DNA of 64,000 nt from Candidatus Latescibacterota bacterium (GCA_965248265.1 CBDFJF010000002.1:2624001-2688000), one strand, 5' to 3'. Counted from the first letter of the stretch, positions 20,314 to 30,248 are shown. Numbers and translations: made by a program. The notes: generated by a model from the letters alone, not told the origin.

Positions 20314-20715
20314 CTATCGGCGTCTGCGCTTTCCCCAGTAGGCCAGCCGGTAGTGCCGGCGAATGTTGGCATCCTTGGTCAAGAGGGGCGCCCCCTCGAC
20401 GGCGGCCTGAGCTGTGATAATTCGGTCAAACGGATCTCGAGTCCATTGATTGGCAAGGGAGGCGCGGACCACACCTTGAAACGGCGCCTCGCTGAAGCGC
20501 AGACCGATGGTCTGCTGTAATTCGGTCACAATCTCGATGGCTGGCACGGTAACACGCTCGATCTCGAAAAGGTATTGCAGTTCGAGCTCGATGATTGGTG
20601 ATGCAACTAGGTCTGACCGATTCAGTTCGTTGCGCACAGCCGGTGGGAACAAGCTCAATTCACCGAGGTACAGCCAAGCAACCACATGGGTGTCCAGATG
20701 AATCACGGGTGCCAC
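20314..20715 (-). CDS. vapC: PIN-domain (VapC-type) toxin
   Basis: IHLDTHVVAW, SPIIELEL, RDPFDRIITAQA, LLTKD; overlaps the antitoxin stop. Confidence 0.9.
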   Translation of the reverse strand: MAPVIHLDTHVVAWLYLGELSLFPPAVRNELNRSDLVASPIIELELQYLFEIERVTVPAIEIVTELQQTIGLRFSEAPFQGVVRASLANQWTRDPFDRIITAQAAVEGAPLLTKDANIRRHYRLAYWGKRRRR

Positions 20716-20924
20716 TCGCTGGACCAGTCGAGTTGAACGATATCCTCGGGATCCCCGTTAAGGCAGTCGTGTGTCGACAGATTGTCCAGCTTGTTCGGGG
20801 ACTCATCCGGGACGATGCGGAGACGCCGGCCCTTGCGGGTAATCTCGAGAGGCCGGCCCGTCCGCAGGACTTCGTCGAGAAGATTGTATATGTCCTGGCG
20901 GAGTTTCGATGCTGACAGGCTCAT
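20703..20924 (-). CDS. Phd/YefM-family antitoxin
   Basis: MSLSASKLRQDIYNLLDEVLRTGRPLEITRKG, 73 aa, acidic C-terminus, immediately upstream of the PIN toxin. Confidence 0.88.
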   Translation of the reverse strand: MSLSASKLRQDIYNLLDEVLRTGRPLEITRKGRRLRIVPDESPNKLDNLSTHDCLNGDPEDIVQLDWSSEWHP

Positions 20925-20957
20925 TGAATCGCTCGCTGGTTATGGAGTCGCGGGTTC

Positions 20958-21025
20958 TGACACAGAATGTACTGTCCGTACGTGATTTTGGCAATATAGA
21001 CGTACGTACGAGTTTGACACAGAAT
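20958..21025. promoter_or_regulatory. candidate TA autoregulatory operator region
   Basis: Direct repeat TGACACAGAAT at 20958-20968 and 21015-21025 enclosing palindromes CGTACG (20977-20982) and CGTACGTACG (21001-21010), just upstream of the antitoxin ATG. Confidence 0.5.
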
Positions 21026-21139
21026 ATGTAAGTGATTGACAGATCGTCATGGTATCAGGACAATCAGCGGGCTGGTAGGGAACTGAGAGTGGCTGCCTCG
21101 CAGACTGCCCCACGAATTCTTACGTGCGGAGAAATCGTC

Positions 21140-21470
21140 ATGAGAACAATTCCCATCGTCCTCGCCGGGCTTGCGTGCAGTGCACTGCAGGTCCAGGAGC
21201 TTGCCGCTGTCCTTCTTATTGAGGAGGGCATGCCAACCTCGACCATCGTCATCGCCGACATCCCAACCGATGCCGCGAGGGAAGGTGCTGCAGATCTGCA
21301 GATGTGGTTCCAGAAATCGAGTGGTGCTGCGGTGCCAATAAGGACCGAAAGCGAGGTGCCGCCGGACACGGAGGGCACGCTCATCCTCGTGGGAGACTCG
21401 GAGAGGACCAGAGCCCTGGGGATCGATTCCGCTGAGCTCCAGATCGAAGAATTCGTGATCAAGCGGCACA
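21140..21470 (+). pseudogene. N-terminal fragment of a secreted DUF4838 / GH20-GH67-N-domain-like protein
   Basis: Signal peptide followed by TIVIAD...AREGAADLQMWFQKSSGAAVPI...LILVGDS...EEFVIK; recognisable similarity stops there and the frame closes at 21559. Confidence 0.55.
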
Positions 21471-21618
21471 GCAGAGATTCTCCGAACTCGGGAAGGCCCG
21501 TGACGACCGGCTTCAACAACTGGGGCGATCGTGGGCGCTCAACCCACCGTTTCTGGTGAAGCTCGGGTTTTGAAGGCAGGGTTCCAGTTCGGAGACCAGA
21601 TGCCGTTCCAGCCGTCAC

Positions 21619-23403
21619 TCATCGACGATCCCAAGGGAATGCTAATGTCGGACGGTGGGCGAAGCGCTTTTGCTGAATCTCAAGTCTGCACCCGGCCGAG
21701 GGTGCCAAGCGCAGGGCAAAGGCGGTGCGATCGGCACCGTAACTCGTGTCCACGTCGACGGTCTCTCCACCCTCCACCGTCACTCGTTCCATCGTGTGCT
21801 CCGCGTACCCTCCGCCCTGGATGACGACGGTGCGCTCGTTAACGGGACTCAGGTTTACGAGTGAGACCGTGACCGAGTCATCGGTCATTCTTTCGACCAA
21901 TGCACCAACATCAGAGGGCAGTCCCGCGCGTCTTGTGTCAGGCTCGAAGTAACGCAACCGGCAATGCAATGTATGGCAACTCCTGCCGGTCGGCAGCCCG
22001 CCCATCATCAATTGTGTCAGCTGATCGGTGAGGGCCGGGTTCATCGGCAGCGAGACGTCGGATAGCCGGGTGTCCTTGGTAGAGTCGTCGTTGCGCATGC
22101 GCTCGATCTTGCCGCGCAGGGATGAGAACTCCTTTTCCAGCGCAGCCATCGGGTAGTCATCATTGGTTCCCGTCAGATATTGGACCCAGGGATCATCGGG
22201 TACTCGCATGCGGTCCGTATCCCGCATGGACCAGAACCATACCTCCCGGGCTCCCCGGTTCATCGGCTTCGGTCCGAACTCGTACCACCCTTCGTCTCCG
22301 AACATCCGAGGGTACAGAGTCTCGCCGTTTTCCACCTTTGAGTTGGCACTGACGGCGTCGAGGACCTTGCCCCAGGCCTCGCCATAGGACCGGTCACCGG
22401 TGAGTTGCATGGCGTGGGCGAAGCCGTAGCAAGGACGCGAGTAAGCGGCCGGCCGATGCGCTTTGGCTCCGGTCTGAGGAACGGTAACGGTGAATCCCCA
22501 GCCGTAGACACCTCCGTACCATTTGCCGTCACACTCGCCACCGATGGTGCCATCCAGGCCGACGTTGGAGGGGATGATGCCGCCGTTTTCTGCGGTCCGC
22601 TCCAACCAGGCATCGACGTAGTCGACGACCCAGTCACGGTAGCGGTCTTCTCCGGTCAGCGCGTAGGCGACGAACCCCAGGTGGGTGGCTTCCAGGTTGA
22701 GGGGGTTGTCACCGGCGACGTCGTTGTATTCGGCGAAATGCGCCACCATCTCGTCGTATGAGCGTTCGCCGTGGGCCAGGTGCAGGTCGGCGACGTCGAT
22801 GTAGTCGCCTGCCCAGTCCAGGCCAGTGGCTTTGCGCAACAGGGGGCCGCGGCTGCCGTTGAACATCGAGCGCATGACCCGGTGCTTCGGGTCGTAGTTG
22901 GGACAGGATTCGTCGCTGCCGTCGTACATGCTGGTCCAACGGCGCATGCGCTGCTGGTAGAGCGGGTCATAGGGGTCGCTGAGTCCGTAAAGGAAGTATG
23001 AAGACAGGCCTTCACCGTGATGAAACCAGTCGAAGCAGGTCGGGAATTCTCTGTAGTACATACCCTCTCGACCCATCTCTACTTCGGTAGTTCTGGCTTC
23101 CGTGTACTGGCGCACGTGGCCCTCGAAGCCCTTGCGGAACAGGTCGAGGATTTCGTCGGGGCCACCCAGGGCGTGAAGGGTAGTCCAGTTGAGCAGGTTC
23201 TCGATGGCATCGTCCGGCCCGTCGTCACCTCCCCAACGCGGGATGCATTCGAGGTAGCCGCGATCATCGAAGTACTTGTCGAAGAACTCGACGCAGGCTT
23301 CGGACTGGGAGTCGATGAGCAGACGTTCGAGCAAAGCCCAGTCGGGTGGAGCCTGAGGGGTATCGATGGTGAAAAGGGGGTTGTGACGGGTCAATGAGGG
23401 CAC
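21619..23403 (-). CDS. conserved hypothetical protein (594 aa), possibly an (alpha/alpha)-barrel enzyme
   Basis: Long ORF with host-like codon usage; motifs WGGDDGPDDAIE, DWFHHGEG, GIIPSNVGLDG, RRAGLPSDVGALV. Confidence 0.7.
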   Translation of the reverse strand: MPSLTRHNPLFTIDTPQAPPDWALLERLLIDSQSEACVEFFDKYFDDRGYLECIPRWGGDDGPDDAIENLLNWTTLHALGGPDEILDLFRKGFEGHVRQYTEARTTEVEMGREGMYYREFPTCFDWFHHGEGLSSYFLYGLSDPYDPLYQQRMRRWTSMYDGSDESCPNYDPKHRVMRSMFNGSRGPLLRKATGLDWAGDYIDVADLHLAHGERSYDEMVAHFAEYNDVAGDNPLNLEATHLGFVAYALTGEDRYRDWVVDYVDAWLERTAENGGIIPSNVGLDGTIGGECDGKWYGGVYGWGFTVTVPQTGAKAHRPAAYSRPCYGFAHAMQLTGDRSYGEAWGKVLDAVSANSKVENGETLYPRMFGDEGWYEFGPKPMNRGAREVWFWSMRDTDRMRVPDDPWVQYLTGTNDDYPMAALEKEFSSLRGKIERMRNDDSTKDTRLSDVSLPMNPALTDQLTQLMMGGLPTGRSCHTLHCRLRYFEPDTRRAGLPSDVGALVERMTDDSVTVSLVNLSPVNERTVVIQGGGYAEHTMERVTVEGGETVDVDTSYGADRTAFALRLAPSAGCRLEIQQKRFAHRPTLAFPWDRR

Positions 23404-23484
23404 GACGATCTCCGGTTAATGTTAGTCACCTCGCCTGGCAGCGGAACAAGGTCGGGTCCGGAGCCCGGAACAGTGCTTCCGCCG

Positions 23485-24279
23485 TTACCAGGCTGTCCAG
23501 CCACCGTCGATGGTTACATTCTGCCCCGTCATATAACTCGAAGCATCGCTGGCCAGGAAAACGATAATGCCTTTGAGCTCCGAGGGGTCGCCCATACGTC
23601 CCATCGGACACTTGGTTTCGAGGCGCTTGACCATTGCCTGCGGCGCGGCGCGGCTGGGGAATGGCCCGGGGCTGAGGCAGTTCACGCGCACGCCGTCCTT
23701 CGCCCAATAGGCACCAAGATGCCGGGTCATGTGAATGGTGCCGCCTTTCAGGGCGTGATAGGCGACGGAACTGGCGGAGCATATGCCTTCATAGGCATCT
23801 GGATAGGACGCGACCTGTCCGTACATCGAACCCAGGTTGACGATACTTCCGGTGGCACCGCGCCCCACGACATGGTCATGAAACAGGCGAGCGAGTGTGA
23901 AGTATCCGGCGTTGTTGTGCTGATGCTCAGCGAACTGGTCGAAGGTGATCTCGGTGAGGTCCTTGCCCTGCGCGTCCAGGCCGTTGTTGATGAGAACATC
24001 GACCTGAGCTGCCGCTTGTACGGCCGCTTCGAAGCCACTCCCGATGGAGTCGCCGTTCATCTGATCAAGCGCAACACCATGATGTGCTGCGCCACCGGGG
24101 GACGGGAGTTTGGCTGCTGCCTCCTGGCCCCGTTCCGCGTCGCGGCTGCTGATGACGACGCTGGCGCCTGCTTCCGCGAGAGCGGTAGAAAATGCCGTCC
24201 CCAGGTATCCCGTGGCGCCGGTGACCAATGCAACCTTGCCACTCAAGTCGAACTGCTCTTGTATGGTCCGTCCAGCCAT
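23485..24279 (-). CDS. short-chain dehydrogenase/reductase
   Basis: TGATGYLG, SIVNLGSMYG, YHALKGG (YxxxK), RVNCLSPG, YMTGQNVTIDGG. Confidence 0.93.
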   Translation of the reverse strand: MAGRTIQEQFDLSGKVALVTGATGYLGTAFSTALAEAGASVVISSRDAERGQEAAAKLPSPGGAAHHGVALDQMNGDSIGSGFEAAVQAAAQVDVLINNGLDAQGKDLTEITFDQFAEHQHNNAGYFTLARLFHDHVVGRGATGSIVNLGSMYGQVASYPDAYEGICSASSVAYHALKGGTIHMTRHLGAYWAKDGVRVNCLSPGPFPSRAAPQAMVKRLETKCPMGRMGDPSELKGIIVFLASDASSYMTGQNVTIDGGWTAW

Positions 24280-24413
24280 GATCCTTGTTGTCCTTTTTGA
24301 TTGAGTTTTCAGGGCCTGCTACGAATGCGCCAGGTCCCGGATGGTCGGCTATGGAGCAGCAAGGATAAAGCGCGATATTCGGCCGCCGGTCAAGAATCAA
24401 ATGAACCCCGCCA

Positions 24414-25211
24414 TCATGCAGTCATCGCACCCTTGATGGTGTCGAGCTGTTCATCGGTCACGCCGACGTCGCGCAGGTACCCCTTGACTCCTCCGTAGTG
24501 CTCGGTCACAAAATCAAGGGTGTATTCCATGGACGCCGGGCTACAGGCTGTATCCTGGTAATCCTGCCAGGAATAGCTGTCGGGGGAGACGTCCGGGTTC
24601 TCTTCCAGGTAGCGGATGACGTTGTAGCGAGCGGTAAGGGCGTAGTCGGCTACGATCGTCTCCCTTGGCACTCCCGAGATATCCAGGACGAAAGCGGCGA
24701 CGATGCCGGCCCTGTCCTTGCCGGCGTTGCAGTGAACGATCGCCGGCAAGCCGTCCTCTCCTGCCAGTATCGAAAAGATCTGGTGCAGGATGTGCTTGCG
24801 CTGTTCCAGGAACATGCAGTAGGTGAGGCCACGCCGCTGTGCCGGGTCATCGATCTCCTGACGCTTTTCAGCGCCTTCCACAGCGATATCGCCGGCCATG
24901 TTCTGATGATAGTAGGCGACGGCTTCACAGCCGATGAAGGCGCTGGGGTTGAGCTGGAGATCCTTGCTCCTGCGCAGGTCGATGACGTTGCGGATCCCGT
25001 AATCGATGAGCGAATCCCTGGATGCCGTCGTCAGTTTGGCCAGGGTGTCAGATCTGACGTATTTGCCCCAGTTGGTGGTACTGCCGTCAGCGGTGGCGTA
25101 GCCTCCCACGTCCCGGGTATTGTAGGCCCCGTTGAGGGGGATGTGCCTGCGTGATCCGGGGCCATCAAGGGTGATGTGCCCACGGGGGTCAGGAAATAGT
25201 GGCGATTTCAA
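24414..25211 (-). CDS. tyrosine-protein phosphatase (IphP / Y_phosphatase3 type)
   Basis: NTRDVGGY, VIDLR, active-site HCNAGKDRAG, IVADYALT. Confidence 0.9.
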   Translation of the reverse strand: MKSPLFPDPRGHITLDGPGSRRHIPLNGAYNTRDVGGYATADGSTTNWGKYVRSDTLAKLTTASRDSLIDYGIRNVIDLRRSKDLQLNPSAFIGCEAVAYYHQNMAGDIAVEGAEKRQEIDDPAQRRGLTYCMFLEQRKHILHQIFSILAGEDGLPAIVHCNAGKDRAGIVAAFVLDISGVPRETIVADYALTARYNVIRYLEENPDVSPDSYSWQDYQDTACSPASMEYTLDFVTEHYGGVKGYLRDVGVTDEQLDTIKGAMTA

Positions 25212-25337
25212 GTTGAGATCAGTGCTCCTTTCTATCCTTCCTTTGTCACCGGCTGCAAAGGTATCTATATCTCAAGCCGAATGCGATCACGGAGAGAGAG
25301 TAGTCATGGGTTGCGGCGCCGGGGGCGGATCAAATCC

Positions 25338-26483
25338 TTAGATGTAACCGGTCGATCCGTCGGGGCGTGTCGGGCTGGAACGTTCCCAGTGAACGTATTC
25401 GCCGTCGGTGAGGGCCTGTTCGTCGATCTCGATTCCCAGACCGGGCCTGTCGGGTCGCAGTTCGAGGTAACCGTCCGCAGGCAGGTAGGGGTCGCTGACC
25501 CAATGTCGCCACCCGGTTTCATCGGGCAGCAAGTATTCGAGAATCTTGAAGTTGGGGGCCGAGGCGCAAAAGTGCAGGTTGACGGCGGTGGCTATGGGTC
25601 CCATCGGGTTGTGCGGTGCAATACTGACGCAATGAGCCTCGGCGATGGCGTTGATCTTGCGCATCTCGAGCAGACCGCCGCAGACACAGATATCGGGTTG
25701 GATGATGTCGGCGCCCTGGTTGCTCAGCAGGTCGAGGAATTCGAAGCGGGTGTAGAGGCTCTCGCCGGTGGCCAACGGCACCTGCATCTGTGACTTGAGA
25801 TCGGTCCAGGCCGGGATATGTTCGGGACGCAGAGGCTCTTCGTAGAAATAGGGATCATACGGCGCCAGCGCATTGGCCAGCTGCAGGGCGCGGATCGGCT
25901 CGAAGACCTTGGCGTGCGGGTCGAAGGCGAATTCCCAGTCGTCGGGGCAGTTGAGGCGCAGCTGCTCGAAGTAGGCGGCAGCCTCGGCGCAGACCCGGCC
26001 CCAACGGTTGGCGTCAGGGTCTATAATGAAGGGGCTGGTCTTGAAGGCGGTGAAGCCGTACTCCTCATTCAGCCGTCGCGCCTGGTCGGTCGCCTCTGTT
26101 GCGTCCTTGCCGCCGATGCCGCGATACACCCGGATCCGGTCACGGGCGTGCCCGCCCAACAACTGGTACACGGGGACGCCGGCGGCTTTGCCGGCGATGT
26201 CCCAGAGGGCATGGTCGATGCCTGAAATTGCGGAGAGGCCAAGCCCGCCCGGCGGGAAGCGGAATTGCTGAAACAGTTTCATCATGATGAATTCGATGCG
26301 CCGCGGGTCGATGCCCTTGATCAACTCGAAGCAGTAATCGACGGCCGGTCCCACGGCCAGATCGGGACCTATCGAATAAGTCTCACCCCAGCCGGTGATG
26401 TCCTCGTCGGTTTCGATCTTGACGAGAACGCGGGGGCGGTTGCCGAAGCGGGCCATGATGGGAGTGATATTGGTGATTATCAT
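25338..26483 (-). CDS. galactonate dehydratase (DgoD)-like enolase-superfamily enzyme
   Basis: VKIETDEDITGWGE, IDHALWDIAGK, LLGG..RDRIRVY, FYEEP, PLATGE, IIQPD, APHNPMGP; start at MIITNI (26483). Confidence 0.88.
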   Translation of the reverse strand: MIITNITPIMARFGNRPRVLVKIETDEDITGWGETYSIGPDLAVGPAVDYCFELIKGIDPRRIEFIMMKLFQQFRFPPGGLGLSAISGIDHALWDIAGKAAGVPVYQLLGGHARDRIRVYRGIGGKDATEATDQARRLNEEYGFTAFKTSPFIIDPDANRWGRVCAEAAAYFEQLRLNCPDDWEFAFDPHAKVFEPIRALQLANALAPYDPYFYEEPLRPEHIPAWTDLKSQMQVPLATGESLYTRFEFLDLLSNQGADIIQPDICVCGGLLEMRKINAIAEAHCVSIAPHNPMGPIATAVNLHFCASAPNFKILEYLLPDETGWRHWVSDPYLPADGYLELRPDRPGLGIEIDEQALTDGEYVHWERSSPTRPDGSTGYI

Positions 26484-26538
26484 GTCGTATCTCGCTCTTG
26501 AAAATGGATAGATTTCATTACAGCAGGAGGAAGCGATC

Positions 26539-27282
26539 ATGAAGGTAGCAGTTTTCGGTGCCGCCGGCTGGGCCGGCCGTGCCGTACTCAAGAATTTCTC
26601 CGGCCGGCACGACGTTCGTGCCTTTGAACTCAATCCTGAAGCCTGGGACACCTACAGCCGGTTTGATGGCGGCGCCTGGGATGGTGACACGGTGTACGGA
26701 GACATCGTCAACTTCCAAGCCGTCGACGGTGCCCTGGAGGGGATGGAGGCGGTCGTGCATCTGACGGCTTACTTCGGCAGAGTGGGGGTACTGGAGGAAG
26801 ATGACGAGAAACCGTTCCTCATAAACGTGAAGGGCCTGTGGAACGTGCTGGAGGCGGCGCGGCGACGGCAACTCCGGCGGGTAGTCCATATCGGCTCATG
26901 CCACGTGCAGCACCCCGGCGGCAAGTTCTTCACTTCCGACGTGCGCCGGCCGGACGGCGTCCTGTACGCGGTGGGCAAGCGGTTGCAGGAGGAGCTGTGC
27001 CGGCAATACCATGAGGCACACGGGCTCAGTATCGTGGTACTGCGTCCCGACAGCATCATCGACTCTGAGTTGGGAACGACCAGGGACGGAACTAAGGCGC
27101 AAGATTATCTCGGACGCGTCTGTCGCCACGATCTCGCTGAAGCCTGTCATCGAGCCCTGGAATCGGACATCGACTTCGACATTCTCCACATCGCCGGCCA
27201 TCCAGACGCTGATCAGTACTGCAATGTTGCCCGGACGCGTGAGGTGTTGGGGATGACGTTCACTGGGCGATTCGGCAGCTGA
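26539..27282 (+). CDS. NAD-dependent epimerase/dehydratase (uronate dehydrogenase-like extended SDR)
   Basis: VFGAAGWAG, INVKGLWNVLEAA, YAVGK (YxxxK), VVLRP. Confidence 0.85.
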   Translation: MKVAVFGAAGWAGRAVLKNFSGRHDVRAFELNPEAWDTYSRFDGGAWDGDTVYGDIVNFQAVDGALEGMEAVVHLTAYFGRVGVLEEDDEKPFLINVKGLWNVLEAARRRQLRRVVHIGSCHVQHPGGKFFTSDVRRPDGVLYAVGKRLQEELCRQYHEAHGLSIVVLRPDSIIDSELGTTRDGTKAQDYLGRVCRHDLAEACHRALESDIDFDILHIAGHPDADQYCNVARTREVLGMTFTGRFGS

Positions 27283-27310
27283 GCACTCGGGCTTTCAGGA
27301 GATTCAATCC

Positions 27311-28243
27311 ATGACTGATGTTGCCAGAATTCGCGGAGTGCTGTCTCCGGTCGTCACCCCCTTCGATGGCGATCTGCGACCTGACGCTGAGCGGCTTACG
27401 GCACACTGCCGTTGGTTGCTCGACAGCGACGTCGGACTCGCCGTGTTCGGCACGAACTCCGAAGCAAACTCGCTGTCCGTGACGGAAAAGCGCGGTCTGC
27501 TGGACCACCTTGTCGAGGCCGGGCTGCCGCCGTCACGGATGATGCCGGGTACGGGTTGCTGCTCGATCAGCGATTCTGTCGAGCTCACCACCCACGCGGT
27601 CGGACTCGGCTGCGCCGGTGTGTTGATGCTACCGCCTTTCTATTACAAGGGAGTCTCGGACGAGGGGCTCTACCGCAACTATGCCGAGATCATCGAGCGC
27701 GTCGGAGATGGGCGGCTGCGGATCTACCTGTATCACATCCCACCAGTCGCCCAGGTAGGAATCAGCCTCGGGCTTATTGAACGACTACTCTCGGCTTATC
27801 CTGAAACCATCGCGGGAGTGAAGGACAGCTCGGGGGACTGGGACAACACACAGGCCATGCTGGAGCATTTTCAATCCGAGGACTTCGACATCTTTCCCGG
27901 CAGCGAGACCTTTCTACTGGCGGCGCTACGCGCTGGTGGTGCAGGGTGTATCAGCGCCACCGCCAACGTGAACCCCGGGCTGATCGCCAAGCTTGCTTCA
28001 ACCTGGGAATCCGCAGACGCCGACGATCAGCAGGCCGCCCTCAATGCAGTGCGTGCGGTTTTTCAGACCTATGTCATGATCCCGGCGCTGAAAGCGGCGA
28101 TCGCCTACTTCGGGGATGATCCCGCGTGGACGGCGGTTCGCCCGCCGCTCGTAGAGCTGGAACCGAATGGGCGTACGGCACTGACCCGGGCATTGGAGGC
28201 AGTGAACTTCAGCATGCCCGGTCTGCATCGATCGGGTGTGTGA
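27311..28243 (+). CDS. dihydrodipicolinate synthase / N-acetylneuraminate lyase family protein
   Basis: VVTPFD, FGTNSEA, LPPFYY, YLYHIP, catalytic GVKDSSGD. Confidence 0.9.
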   Translation: MTDVARIRGVLSPVVTPFDGDLRPDAERLTAHCRWLLDSDVGLAVFGTNSEANSLSVTEKRGLLDHLVEAGLPPSRMMPGTGCCSISDSVELTTHAVGLGCAGVLMLPPFYYKGVSDEGLYRNYAEIIERVGDGRLRIYLYHIPPVAQVGISLGLIERLLSAYPETIAGVKDSSGDWDNTQAMLEHFQSEDFDIFPGSETFLLAALRAGGAGCISATANVNPGLIAKLASTWESADADDQQAALNAVRAVFQTYVMIPALKAAIAYFGDDPAWTAVRPPLVELEPNGRTALTRALEAVNFSMPGLHRSGV

Positions 28244-28295
28244 CGGAATTCACACATTGTTAGCTGGCCGATACACTCATAACTATAACGGGCCC

Positions 28296-28787
28296 TTTGG
28301 GCTATCCATTTAACCGGACTAAACACTATCCGTTGTGGTAGGGCTATATGCCTGATAATCCAAAGGGATTCCCACTCCCCATGGCGAGCCCGCCAACCTC
28401 ACTGGCTTACAAACAGCCAGCAGGAGGGCGCTAATCCACCCTGACAATAAGTGCTTGAGCATCGACAATTCTGACTCCCTTCGTAAGCAACCTGAGAGGT
28501 TGACAATGCGTGCGCGATCTCGTCTGCGCGAAGCCACGTGACGCCCGTCCAATTCAGCACGCCGCTCGAGCGCCTTAAAATATGCCATCTAATGCCATCT
28601 CTCCGAACCGCCCAATGGGAGATGGGCGCATCAAGACAACAACCAATAGCTCCGCCGCCAAGCCCCCGCAGACGGGTGTGCGAATACTTCCTGCTCAATT
28701 AGATGCTCCAAGTAGATGGGGCGCGTCGGTGCAGTCATACAGTACTACAAGATGCGGATTCCAGTCCGGTTAAATGGATAGCCCAAA
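28296..28787. mobile_element. non-autonomous MITE-like element (492 bp)
   Basis: Perfect 25-bp terminal inverted repeats (TTTGGGCTATCCATTTAACCGGACT at 28296-28320; reverse complement at 28763-28787); GGGCC directly repeated one base outside each end (28290-28294, 28789-28793); no convincing internal ORF. Confidence 0.7.
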
Positions 28788-29094
28788 CGGGCCTTATCGT
28801 TCTTCGTATAATGGGTTCAGGTCCATTCAATGGATCTGGTCCGGCGCGACGGCGGCCAGCCGCGTACTCTCCGTGCTTGTTTTTTTGCTGTCAGTGCTGC
28901 GATCCTGGATCAGCGAAGCTGCTGGGGTTGGCTTTCCGTTCTGGGCCATGTTCTCTCGGATAGACCGCCATCTCGCCAGCATATGCACTTACCGCTTGAT
29001 GGGACATCGGTTCCCTGATCTGGCTACGAGGATGTGCCAGCTGGCGTCACCCCGATCGTGGGCAGCTTCGGTCTCCTGGCCAAGGAGCTCGCCA

Positions 29095-29817
29095 ATGTGG
29101 ACTCTCGGTATCGACGTAGCGAAACGAAGTCATCGCGCCACCCTGTTGGATGAGGACGGCCAAACCGTCTTCCGAAACCTCGCTGTGCAGCACTCACACG
29201 AAGGGGTTGAGCAGTTGTGTCGACGCCTCGCCGAGACCGGACAACCCGCCGCCGACATCCGCGTCGGCATGGAGGCCACCGGACGCTGCTGGATGGTCCT
29301 CTACGAAGCGTTGGTCCAGCTGGGTACGCGGTCGAGGTCCGAATCCGTTTCGCCATGGAGCGCGTCAATCTGCTGATCGAGCAGATCGCGCAGCTCTACG
29401 AACGCCTACGGGATCTTTTGACCGAGCAGCAGACCCTCCTGCAGTCCATTCCAGGTCTGGAGCCCGTCTGGGCGCCGACCATCCTCGCCGAGATCCTGCC
29501 CGTATTTCATCCTGAGGAGCAGCATGGCCCCCCAGCTCGTCGCCGCCGCTGGCCTCGACGTGAAGCAGTTTGACAGTGGCGCCCTAACCGGCCGCGGCAG
29601 GATGTCCAAGCGCGGCAGCCGCTATCTGCCGCCGTTATCCAACTGTGAGATCGCCGTCTTCAAGAGCCATGACCCCCTATTCACCCAGGTCTATCAGCGA
29701 CAGATCGACCGCGGCAAGCATCACCTCGTCGCCCTAACACACGTCGCCAACAAGATGCTCCGCGTCGTATTCAGCGTCCTCAAGAACAACCGTCCCTACA
29801 CACCTATCCCCAACTGA
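29095..29817 (+). pseudogene. IS110-family recombinase, internally deleted and frameshifted
   Basis: AAGGAG RBS; DEDD N-terminus LGIDVAKRSH...VGMEATG; then LQSIPGL..VWAPTILAEI and AAGLDV...DSG...MSKRGSRYL...VANKMLR in three different frames; TTGACA near the right end at 29849-29854. Confidence 0.88.
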
Positions 29818-30248
29818 ACGGAGACTACATATTTGCCCACGATTGGTGTTGACATATTACCGCTTGGTCTATCCGTTGGACCCATCTGGTGGTGGTGGCA
29901 GTAGCGGTGGGGTTTCGGTGCAGGCACCAAGAAGATGATACCCAAGGACCCGAAGACCATCGGCAGCACGCGGAAGAAATCGCCACGGGTGAAGTCGTCG
30001 TGGAGGGGTTTGAGGAGGAGTAGGCTTCTTCTGGCCCTCCGGGAATGGCCCCTTGATATTCGGTCAGAAATCCTGCTGGGCTGCGGGCGTGTGGCGGTCC
30101 AGTCAGCTTCGAGCGAGTCGGCAGCGAGTCGATTGGCGGAGTTCGCTGCAAGCGATCCTCGGCCTTCGGTGGCTCGTTAGACCATGCGTCTGCCCTTACA
30201 GATCGGGACCAGCTGCGTCGCTTGCAGGAGGCGACGGTCCTGAATGGG

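Noticed and set aside
30060-30248. Possible integron attC site (hairpin ending in GTTAGAC at 30176-30182) downstream of the deaminase
   Set aside because: No matching RYYYAAC inverse core, no second similar site and no integrase in the window.
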